Position numbers and translations under genes: made by a program. This document shows positions 9,185-17,721 of a stretch of 29,972 bases of DNA, one piece after another (within the stretch, counting starts at the first letter, position 1; each line of letters begins with the position of its first letter). Source of the stretch: a virus (taxonomy: Duplodnaviria > Caudoviricetes); IMG/VR virus record IMGVR_UViG_3300003277_000033, positions 1 to 29,972 of that record; one strand, 5' to 3'. The notes beneath the pieces were generated by a model, which was given only the letters and a program-made list of their open reading frames with translations, made no database searches and had not been told where the DNA came from.

Positions 9185-12100
9185 ATGGCAGAAATCAAGA
9201 ATAGTTTTACATCGTCTAAAATGAATCAAGATTTAGATGATAGATTAGTGCCGTCTAATGAATATAGGGAAGGGCGTAATATATCTATAATAAGTTCAAA
9301 TAATAGTAATACAGGTTCTATTGAAAATATATTAGGAAATGATTTAGTTGCAGATCTTATTATTAATTTTGATAATTTAAACTTTGAAATTATTGGGTAT
9401 ACATATAATCAAACTGCCGGTATATTATATGCGATGGCAACTAATTATACAGATACATCCCTTAATCAATTAGACAATCCACAATCGTATATGTGGGCCA
9501 CTGATTATGCTAATTATGAAGATACATTATCTAGAATAATACAAATAAACTTAAATAATAAAGAAGTTAAAACATTAGTTAGTGGAAAGTTTCTTAACTT
9601 TTCAAAAACACATCCAATTACCGGTATTAATCTTATTGAAAATTTATTATTTTGGACTGATAATAGAAATCAACCTAGAAAAATAAACGTTAATACCGCC
9701 TATAATGACGGAAACTACTATATAAATGAAGATCAAATATCAGTTGCAAAATACGCTCCTATTTCGTCTATTGAATTTATAAATGGAGGGGTTTGCACAA
9801 TGCGGGATGTTGTAAGTAAATTCCTCCCCGATGGAAGCGATAATCCTTATTGGGCCAACACAGGTGGATTGAATCCGGTTGGAAATTACGCCGGTGACCC
9901 CTCGTATTTACAAGACAAATTTGTTAGGTTTAGTTATAGGTTTAGATTTGATGATGGAGAGTATTCTATACTTGCTCCATTTTCACAAATAGCTTTTATA
10001 CCCCAGCAAGATGGTTCATTTATAACTGACGGCGCATTATCTGATGAGAATGAAGCTTATAGAAGTTCTATTGTTAGTTTTATGAAAAATAAGGTTAGCG
10101 AAATAGGATTAATTATACCATTGCCAACAATTGGGTCCTCGTTAGAAGCCTTGTATAAGGCAACAGAAATTGACATAATATACAAGGAATCAGATAGTTT
10201 GGCAATACAAATATTGGATACAATATTAGCTAGCGAATTATCTAGTGTAAATGAAAATTATTATAACTACGATTACCAATCTCGTAAACCAAAAACAACC
10301 TTGTCAGGTGATCAATTACTTAGAGTGTATGATAAAGTGCCTGTTAGAGCGCTTGCCCAAGAGACATCGGGAGGAAGGGTTATTTATGGTAATTATATAG
10401 ATAAGCATACGCCTCCTACAGCAATTGATTATAAAGTTGGAATAAACGCAAAACTAGTAGACGGTGATATATCAATTGAATATCCGTTACATACAGTAAA
10501 GCAAAATAGGAACTATCAAGTTGGCATTATATTGTCCGATAAATTTGGTAGACAATCGGATGTGATATTGTCTTCTATTGCTAACAGTCAAACGGTTGAT
10601 GGAACATTTTTTGGAGGGTCAAGCTTTTATTCGCCGTACTTAAGCCCTAATCCTAATGTATTAACCTTCTTTGGTAATTCAATAAAAGTATTATTTGATA
10701 ATTTTATAACTAGTAATAGAGAACCTCTCAACGACAGAGGCGTTCCTGCAACTGGAGAACCTGGTTTATATGCAAAAGGGAGTTTTCTTGAATCTTTTTC
10801 TGTAATAAATACAACGTATGCTCTTGTTCCTGGGACATACATTCACACGCTAGCTCTAGTATTAACGGGGCCTTTAAGCGGCGTAACGCCAGCTTATTTC
10901 GATGTTGTTGTTGGACTTGACGGTACCGTTTCAAGTATTATACTAAACGAATCTGTAAATGAGGTTACAATAGGAACGGAAGCTTTATTATACGATGTTC
11001 CACGTTCAACTCCTGTTGTTGATGGTAGGCCAATTATTAGAGTAAATAGTGTTACAAAAGAAAATCCTACAGGTTGGTATTCATATAAGATAGTTGTTAA
11101 ACAAACGCAACAAGAGTACTATAATGTATACGTTCCTGGGGCGTTAAGTGGTTATCCAGCCACAGCTACTACAACTTTCCCAACAGGCGAAGATACAAAG
11201 ACTAGTCATGTTGTATTATTTAGTGATAATATAAACAAAGTACCTAGAGATTTATCTGAAGTGGGCCCGGATCAAAAACAATATAGAAGTTCTATAAGAT
11301 TATTTGGTAGAGTTAAAAATGATTCAGCAACAAGTAATACGCAATTTATACCTACAAAAGAGGGCTTCAGTGTACCCACATTGGCTAACGCTTCAGATTT
11401 AACAATGAGTGCCGGGGATATAACTTCTGATGGTAATTTTTATCAATTAAATACTAATCCTATAATAGGTAGAATATCTACAAACGGCGCGCAATTTGGG
11501 GTTACTAATACAACTATGGTTCCTTACCTTTCCGTGTTAGAAACAAACCCTGTAATATCTAATATAGATATTTATTGGGAAACATCTTCTACCGGCTTAA
11601 TATCAGAATTAAACGATTTAATAGCGCAAAATTTTGAAGGTGCATATTCATTCATAGATGTTAATTATTCTCAATTTGAATGGCAAGATCCTGACCCGGC
11701 AATAGATTCTGGCAATACAGGAGAGGCAGACTGCAAATATGTTACTGATTGGTTTTACCCTGTAACTTATACAAATATTACATTAGCAAGTACAATCAAC
11801 GGAACGATTGTTAGTGTAAAAAATGCTAATGGAAGCGATGTAACCGGCTTTGCTTTAGAGTCAAGTACTATTGGAGGCATTAATAAATATAGAATAAAAA
11901 TAACTAATAATTTCTATTATAATATAGCTACAAACTTAAACCAATTTAAGTTTATATTAGCGGTAACAGACCCGCTTTCTTCTACAACAAATAATATTAC
12001 TATAAAAGGAGACTTAGACAATATTGCTCCGACTATAAATGCTTTTACAATACCTCTACTATATACTGGTACAACTAGTATTTACACATTTACAGGGGTA

Positions 12101-12412
12101 AATGGTTCTTTTGGGAATGTTCCAGCCTCGCCTCCATATACGTCTACAACAACTAGCGATTTAAAATGGACGTTTGAAGACGGAGCCGAGACGTTTACCG
12201 GGGGAATTGGAGTTAGTGAATTTACCTTAACAATAAACGCAAATTCAATTCCTGGATACTTAGCAGTAACGGCGGGTAATCCAAGAACATTAGAAACACC
12301 AACAATAGTATTAATAGACTCTGGAAACGCAATAGACACAGCCACTTTATCATTAGATTTTAGACCTGGCGAGTTTAATCCAATACAATTTAACTTAGAT
12401 TTTAACTTATAA
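9185..12412 (+). CDS. Tail nozzle/'stabilization' (muzzle) protein, N-terminal part (1075 aa)
   Basis: N-terminal KMNQDLDDRLVPSNEYREGRNI, LLFWTDNRNQPRKIN, RFSYRFRFDDGEYS, RVIYGNY and RNYQVGIILSDKFGRQS are typical of beta-propeller nozzle proteins of crAss-like phages. The C-terminus is Ig-like and T/N-rich. Confidence 0.7.
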   Translation: MAEIKNSFTSSKMNQDLDDRLVPSNEYREGRNISIISSNNSNTGSIENILGNDLVADLIINFDNLNFEIIGYTYNQTAGILYAMATNYTDTSLNQLDNPQSYMWATDYANYEDTLSRIIQINLNNKEVKTLVSGKFLNFSKTHPITGINLIENLLFWTDNRNQPRKINVNTAYNDGNYYINEDQISVAKYAPISSIEFINGGVCTMRDVVSKFLPDGSDNPYWANTGGLNPVGNYAGDPSYLQDKFVRFSYRFRFDDGEYSILAPFSQIAFIPQQDGSFITDGALSDENEAYRSSIVSFMKNKVSEIGLIIPLPTIGSSLEALYKATEIDIIYKESDSLAIQILDTILASELSSVNENYYNYDYQSRKPKTTLSGDQLLRVYDKVPVRALAQETSGGRVIYGNYIDKHTPPTAIDYKVGINAKLVDGDISIEYPLHTVKQNRNYQVGIILSDKFGRQSDVILSSIANSQTVDGTFFGGSSFYSPYLSPNPNVLTFFGNSIKVLFDNFITSNREPLNDRGVPATGEPGLYAKGSFLESFSVINTTYALVPGTYIHTLALVLTGPLSGVTPAYFDVVVGLDGTVSSIILNESVNEVTIGTEALLYDVPRSTPVVDGRPIIRVNSVTKENPTGWYSYKIVVKQTQQEYYNVYVPGALSGYPATATTTFPTGEDTKTSHVVLFSDNINKVPRDLSEVGPDQKQYRSSIRLFGRVKNDSATSNTQFIPTKEGFSVPTLANASDLTMSAGDITSDGNFYQLNTNPIIGRISTNGAQFGVTNTTMVPYLSVLETNPVISNIDIYWETSSTGLISELNDLIAQNFEGAYSFIDVNYSQFEWQDPDPAIDSGNTGEADCKYVTDWFYPVTYTNITLASTINGTIVSVKNANGSDVTGFALESSTIGGINKYRIKITNNFYYNIATNLNQFKFILAVTDPLSSTTNNITIKGDLDNIAPTINAFTIPLLYTGTTSIYTFTGVNGSFGNVPASPPYTSTTTSDLKWTFEDGAETFTGGIGVSEFTLTINANSIPGYLAVTAGNPRTLETPTIVLIDSGNAIDTATLSLDFRPGEFNPIQFNLDFNL

Positions 12413-12422
12413 TAATAGCAAT

Positions 12423-13361
12423 ATGGCAATACCGGTAAATAAACAAACATTAGACACAAAAATAAATACTGATTTAGCAAATAATTCAACTCAAGCAATC
12501 ACAGCAGCGGTATTACGTGATACATTAACGCCAATAGTAAATAGCACATTTGGCTTAAAAACTATATGGGCAGGATATATAGCCAGTCAACGTAGATGGG
12601 TTAATAGCTCTGGACAAGATTATGTTGCAATATTTGTATGTGAAAGATATTATGACCCTAATTATTTCCCCGCTTTAGATCCCAATAGTCTAGATACTAC
12701 AATATATAATCAAGCGGCCTACTCAGCACCGGGTTGTAGATATAAGATAACTAATTCTGGTGTTAATTTAGTTAATGGTGAATTTTCTAATGTTGAGACT
12801 GTTATAAAAAATTCCACTGAAAACACCGGAAATATTGGGAATGGATTAACTTTTGATGTAAAGGTAGAAGGCGGAGTACTTAGAGCTATTAAGGTTAAGA
12901 ATACTGGCTCTGGTTATTGTTGGGGGCGATATGGTTCTCAAGTGTCCGGCCTGTACCAACCATCATATAAGTCAACTATTGTGGAACTAGTATTAAACTA
13001 TACTGGAATTGGGAATAGGCCAGAAATTACAATAGATTTATCAAGTGTAATCGATTCTGATAGGCGTGTTGCAACATCAGGATCAAATTTTGGCGGTCAG
13101 GCTTTAAATTTATTTATTCCGCAAGCCGGACCAAGTATTGGACTTGGATCATCAATATGGCTAGGCTCAGATGGAGCAAATGGCAGAACAGGAAATATAT
13201 GTACCCCGGATAGTTCATATAATACATATTATCCAAATGTAAATAATAATCCGCTTGTGCCGGGTTATTATAAATCTGGATTTTTTACAGTTGGAACAGA
13301 CTGGGCTCTCCAAGGTAATAACTTAGAAATTAAAGTTCCTATAATTAATACAACTATATAA
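12423..13361 (+). CDS. Putative tail fibre/spike or receptor-binding appendage (312 aa)
   Basis: N-terminal helical attachment-like segment (INTDLANNSTQAITAAVLRDTL). The G/N/S/T-rich beta body contains an IKVKNTGSGY motif seen in phage tail/baseplate proteins. Confidence 0.5.
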   Translation: MAIPVNKQTLDTKINTDLANNSTQAITAAVLRDTLTPIVNSTFGLKTIWAGYIASQRRWVNSSGQDYVAIFVCERYYDPNYFPALDPNSLDTTIYNQAAYSAPGCRYKITNSGVNLVNGEFSNVETVIKNSTENTGNIGNGLTFDVKVEGGVLRAIKVKNTGSGYCWGRYGSQVSGLYQPSYKSTIVELVLNYTGIGNRPEITIDLSSVIDSDRRVATSGSNFGGQALNLFIPQAGPSIGLGSSIWLGSDGANGRTGNICTPDSSYNTYYPNVNNNPLVPGYYKSGFFTVGTDWALQGNNLEIKVPIINTTI

Positions 13362-13370
13362 AAATAATAT

Positions 13371-14735
13371 ATGCCAGCAATTATAGAAGTAAAATATTTT
13401 AATTCGTTTATATTAGCTAAAACAGTTAATGGAAGTGGTGATCCGGTCTGGAGAGGTACTTCACCATTAACAGATGTTCCAGCTAAAAACTGGTTTATTG
13501 AAGAATCTAGAATCACGGGTGGTTATAATAATACATCCGTAGATTTTGGAGCAAAAGCATATTTAGTTAGTAAGCGAAATAATGCTTCTATTAGAAGTAA
13601 CTCTATGATATATTCTGGTGTATATAACTCTAGAACTGGTGTTAATAATACAAATCAATTTTCTGTTGCTTTAGACATATCAAGAAGCGCTGATCCAAAT
13701 TATGGTTCAATACAAAAGTTATACTCGGAAGATACAAACTTAACTATATTCCAAGAAAATAAAGTAAGTAGAGCATTAATTGATAAAGATGCAATATATT
13801 CTGCTGAAGGTTCTGCTATTACTACTTCTGGAGTCCAAGTAATAGGTCAGATTCAAGCTTACACCGGGGAATGGGGCATAAGTAAGGATCCTAGAAGTTT
13901 TGCGGTTTATGGCTATCAGAAATACTTCACAGACAGGAACAATAACGCTGTTTTGCGTTTATCTAGTGACGGTATAACGGAGATATCCAATTACGGTATG
14001 AAATACTTCTTTACAAAAGCGTTGTCAACATTAGGTGAAGGAAAAATAATAGCTGGGTATGATGTTGTAAATAAAAGTTATATATTATCTTTGCAATCTA
14101 CTGTTGGTACATACAATACTTTAGCTTTTGATGAAACGATTAATGGGTGGACTAGTTTCTATGATTATAAACCATCTAATATATTTAGCGTTAATTCTAA
14201 CTACTATACTACAAAGAATAGTAGTTTATACAAACATAATCAGGAGGGATTAACGTCTGATAATAGAGGAGTATTCTACGGCGTCCGTTACCCAGCAAAA
14301 GTAACTTTGATACTAAACTCAGATCCGTCTGTGTCTAAGGTGTTCAAGACTATAAACTATGAAGGTAGTAATGGGTGGGAAGTTACTTCAGTATATTCAC
14401 AATCTAATGTTGGTAATGGATCACCTGACTATGGTAAAAATATATTAAGTTACAACGAAGGTGCTTACGATTCTGCTGATCCACAGAATGAGGGTATTAA
14501 TGCCGTAGTACATCCTATCTATCATGCTGGCTTTAATCGTAAAGAAGGCAAATTTTTCGCGAATATTATTAATAACAGCTTTGCTACAGATGGAGAAGTG
14601 GTTTTTGGTAATTCAATGTCTGGTATTAAAGGATTCTTTAGCACTGTGGCCATGCAAACAGACAACTCAACTGGTCTTGGCAGATTCAAAGAACTATACG
14701 CAGTATCCTCAGAATATATAGAATCATCATACTAA
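13371..14735 (+). CDS. Tail nozzle/'stabilization' protein, C-terminal part (454 aa)
   Basis: IYSGVYNSRTGVNNTNQFS, PNYGSIQKL, GEWGISKDPRSFA, YFTD..NNAVLRLSSDGITEIS, GWTSFYDYKP and KVFKTINYEG are motifs recalled from the C-terminal half of these nozzle proteins. Confidence 0.65.
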   Translation: MPAIIEVKYFNSFILAKTVNGSGDPVWRGTSPLTDVPAKNWFIEESRITGGYNNTSVDFGAKAYLVSKRNNASIRSNSMIYSGVYNSRTGVNNTNQFSVALDISRSADPNYGSIQKLYSEDTNLTIFQENKVSRALIDKDAIYSAEGSAITTSGVQVIGQIQAYTGEWGISKDPRSFAVYGYQKYFTDRNNNAVLRLSSDGITEISNYGMKYFFTKALSTLGEGKIIAGYDVVNKSYILSLQSTVGTYNTLAFDETINGWTSFYDYKPSNIFSVNSNYYTTKNSSLYKHNQEGLTSDNRGVFYGVRYPAKVTLILNSDPSVSKVFKTINYEGSNGWEVTSVYSQSNVGNGSPDYGKNILSYNEGAYDSADPQNEGINAVVHPIYHAGFNRKEGKFFANIINNSFATDGEVVFGNSMSGIKGFFSTVAMQTDNSTGLGRFKELYAVSSEYIESSY

Positions 14736-14745
14736 ATCAAATTAA

Positions 14746-15195
14746 ATGACCGACGCTTTAATCACGAAAGAATTCATAGACAAAGTAGAAAATCTACAAG
14801 AAGCAATGTTAAATTTTGACTCTGATCTAATAGCAAAAGGTAATTCAGATATGTTTCCATTAAAGCATACTTTTGCAGAAGGAATTTATGTAAGAGAGAT
14901 GTTTATACAAGAAGGCGGGTTGATAATAGGTAGAGTGCATAAGAATGATCACATTTGGTTTTTGTTAACAGGAGAACTAGAAATTGCCACTGATAATGGC
15001 CCTGAATTATATATTGGACCTTGTTACATAAAAGCACCGGCTGGAACTAAAAGGGTACTTCACGCAATTACAGATTCAATCTTTGTTAATGTATATCCTA
15101 ATCCAACCAACAATACAAATATAGAAGAACTTGAAGGTAACCTAACGTGTATCTACTATAGTACTTATGAAAAATATAAACTTTTAAATAAATAA
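14746..15195 (+). CDS. Cupin-fold (RmlC-like) protein (149 aa)
   Basis: HTFAEGIYVREMFI..G.LIIGRVHKNDH..FLLTGEL and APAGTKR form a double-stranded beta-helix pattern. The gene sits in the usual slot before ejection proteins. Confidence 0.7.
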   Translation: MTDALITKEFIDKVENLQEAMLNFDSDLIAKGNSDMFPLKHTFAEGIYVREMFIQEGGLIIGRVHKNDHIWFLLTGELEIATDNGPELYIGPCYIKAPAGTKRVLHAITDSIFVNVYPNPTNNTNIEELEGNLTCIYYSTYEKYKLLNK

Positions 15196-16274
15196 TGATG
15201 GTGTTTTTAATACAAAATTTAATTTATAATTCTATTGCTGAACCCGTAATGCAACATGCTACTATGGTTGTTGCCGGGATTGTTGGTGGTGCTGCGTCTG
15301 TTGTTACTGGCCTTATAGGAATGGGTTCTGCTAAAAAAGCAAGACGATCAGCTGAAAGAGACGCTAGGGCAAGACAAGCAGAGTTAACCGCATTAGAGAA
15401 TAATAGGCAAGCAATTATCAATCCTTACGCCGGGGTTAAAGACTTAAGCGGTTTAGCTAAAGATTTGTCTGGTATGATAAGTAATCCTTATGCTAATTTA
15501 GGTGTTGCAACACAGGCATCTAAATTCCAGGCAGAGCAAACTGACATGGCTTTAGCATCGTCATTAGATACATTAAGAGAAACCGGAGCAAGTGCTGGAG
15601 GAGCAACTGCATTAGCACAGGCGGCTTTGCAATCTAAACAAGGTATATCCGCTAGTCTTGAACAACAAGAAGCAGCAAATGAAAAACTAAGAGCGCAAGG
15701 TCAACAGCAACTTGAACAGATACAAATGTCTGAAGCAGGTAGAATTCAAGGTGTTCAAATGTCAGAAGCAGGTAGAATGCAAGAAGCAGAAGTTGCTGGT
15801 AAACAATTTGTATTTGGACAACAAGAAGCAAGAGAAATGCAGAAAATGGATAGAGTTGCTGGGCAATTAAGTGGAGCACAGGGAAGAGCAGCTCAAGCAA
15901 GAGCGGATCAAACAGGTGCATTAACTGGAATGATTGGAGGTATAACATCTACGATAGGATCAATGGCTAGTTCTGGAGCGTTTAAAGGCGGCGGCGGTGG
16001 TACAAACACCGGTCAATTTAAAGCCTCAAACTATGATGTGCCTATGACAAGACCTGGTTCGGATAGAAGGTTAAAAAATAACATTAGTAAAATAGGAAAA
16101 TCACCGAGTGGATTGAGTATTTATTCTTTTGAATATAATGACAAAAAATTTGGAGAAGGAATTTGGCAAGGAGTAATGTCAGATGAAATACCGGCGATAG
16201 CGGTAATAAATCATGAGGATGGTTTTGATAGAGTTGATTACTCTCTATTGGATGTAGAATTTAAACAAATATAA
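15195..16274 (+). CDS. Putative small ejection/DNA-transfer protein with C-terminal Peptidase S74 (intramolecular chaperone)-like domain (359 aa)
   Basis: Gly/Ala-rich hydrophobic segments near the N-terminus and before the C-terminal domain flank an A/Q-rich coiled coil. The C-terminus reads SDRRLKNNI...IYSFEY...QGVMSDEI...VDYS (SDRRLK at 16059-16076). Confidence 0.7.
   Translation: MMVFLIQNLIYNSIAEPVMQHATMVVAGIVGGAASVVTGLIGMGSAKKARRSAERDARARQAELTALENNRQAIINPYAGVKDLSGLAKDLSGMISNPYANLGVATQASKFQAEQTDMALASSLDTLRETGASAGGATALAQAALQSKQGISASLEQQEAANEKLRAQGQQQLEQIQMSEAGRIQGVQMSEAGRMQEAEVAGKQFVFGQQEAREMQKMDRVAGQLSGAQGRAAQARADQTGALTGMIGGITSTIGSMASSGAFKGGGGGTNTGQFKASNYDVPMTRPGSDRRLKNNISKIGKSPSGLSIYSFEYNDKKFGEGIWQGVMSDEIPAIAVINHEDGFDRVDYSLLDVEFKQI
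15723..15788 (+). repeat. 33-nt tandem duplication encoding QMSEAGRIQGV / QMSEAGRMQEA
   Basis: CAAATGTCTGAAGCAGGTAGAAT at 15723 and CAAATGTCAGAAGCAGGTAGAAT at 15756. Confidence 0.8.
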
Positions 16275-16277
16275 TAA

Positions 16278-17690
16278 ATGGGAGCATATTCAAATCCACA
16301 AGAAGTATTAGATACTCAAACAGGGCAATATTTTCAAAATCTTCAAAGTACAATAACACAAACTGTTGCCGGTATTGCACAATCTTATTCTGCTAGACAA
16401 GCACAATTAAAGAAAGAACTAGAAGCAAATAAAAAAGAATTACTAGCAAATCAATTAAGCGTTGACGAGGGTAATCTAAAACTATATTCTGAAATAGATA
16501 AAGCATCAGCTGGTAAGCAAGGTGTAGATTTCCATGTTCCATTGGATCCGCTTGTTAAAGAGTACGGAGAATTAAATATGTCTTTACAAACTGGAGCAGC
16601 GCCTAACAGGAGCCAAACTTTACAAAGAATGGCAAAAATAAGGTCTTCTATTTCTTCAGCACAAAATGATATTGCAACCATAGGTTCTTTTGGAGAGTCG
16701 TTTGATAAAAATAGTGCTAATATTGGGAATATGGGAGGCTTATCAGCTAGCAATGACCCAACTATGGTTATGGCTATGAAAGTGTTAACCGGCAAAGCAA
16801 AAGGTACAACTTCATTTGAGGTTAATAAGGAAGATCCAAATATACGTACTTGGGTAATAAAAGGAGAAGTTGGGGGTAAACCGTTTACACAAAAAATTGA
16901 TGGAAATCAATTAAACAGTATGAACGAACAAGGTGGCGGTCCATTCGTTTACATACCAAACAAGATGGACGATATTGATCAAAGCAAGCTTAATAGTGGA
17001 GCTTATGTTGTAGATACGAAGCAAGATGCCAAAGGGAATGCAATTAGATCATTAGGTTTAATTGATGAAAAATTTTTAGGTAAAGAAATATTAATTGATA
17101 GCCCAGATAGAATAACAGGTAAAACTGTTAAGCAAGTTTATAGAGAAGTGGATAAAGTAAATATAAAACCTTTGCTGGCAATAGAAGCAAATAAACAATC
17201 AGCCGGTATGTTAGCAGATACTAGATCAGCTTCTGCTTGGTATAATGAAGTATATGCAAAAGGTAAAAATGATTTTTGCACACCGTTAGACTTAGCCGCT
17301 CCTGATGGCAAGCAAAGGTTTCAAGATGCTTATTTGCAGTACATCGTTGATACAATACCAGATAAGCAAGCAGTAATGACGCCTGATAATAATATTGCTA
17401 CAGTTACAGATGTGGAAGCAAAGCCAACTAAGACAAGAAGTGCAGGCGGCGCTGCAAAAACAGGTAGACCTACAAAAGCATTATTTACGGAACAAGAAAT
17501 AAGTGATTATAAAAATGATTATAGCGATTTAGTATCCGGCAAAATAGAAGCAATTGATTTACCAGTTAGAGGTAAAGGCACAATGCGTTTTGAATTTAAT
17601 GATGGTAAAGTGCAAATGGTTAGAGCAGACGGTACTGTATTGAAAGATCGTGTAACAGGAGCTCAGTTCAGATCATACTTAGGTAAATAA
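16278..17690 (+). CDS. Putative middle ejection/internal virion protein (470 aa)
   Basis: Lies between the small ejection protein and the giant protein. Helical coiled-coil N-terminus starting MGAYSNP. No catalytic motif recognised. Confidence 0.5.
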   Translation: MGAYSNPQEVLDTQTGQYFQNLQSTITQTVAGIAQSYSARQAQLKKELEANKKELLANQLSVDEGNLKLYSEIDKASAGKQGVDFHVPLDPLVKEYGELNMSLQTGAAPNRSQTLQRMAKIRSSISSAQNDIATIGSFGESFDKNSANIGNMGGLSASNDPTMVMAMKVLTGKAKGTTSFEVNKEDPNIRTWVIKGEVGGKPFTQKIDGNQLNSMNEQGGGPFVYIPNKMDDIDQSKLNSGAYVVDTKQDAKGNAIRSLGLIDEKFLGKEILIDSPDRITGKTVKQVYREVDKVNIKPLLAIEANKQSAGMLADTRSASAWYNEVYAKGKNDFCTPLDLAAPDGKQRFQDAYLQYIVDTIPDKQAVMTPDNNIATVTDVEAKPTKTRSAGGAAKTGRPTKALFTEQEISDYKNDYSDLVSGKIEAIDLPVRGKGTMRFEFNDGKVQMVRADGTVLKDRVTGAQFRSYLGK

Positions 17691-17721
17691 AACAATAAAT
17701 AACTAGTTTAAACAAAACAAT

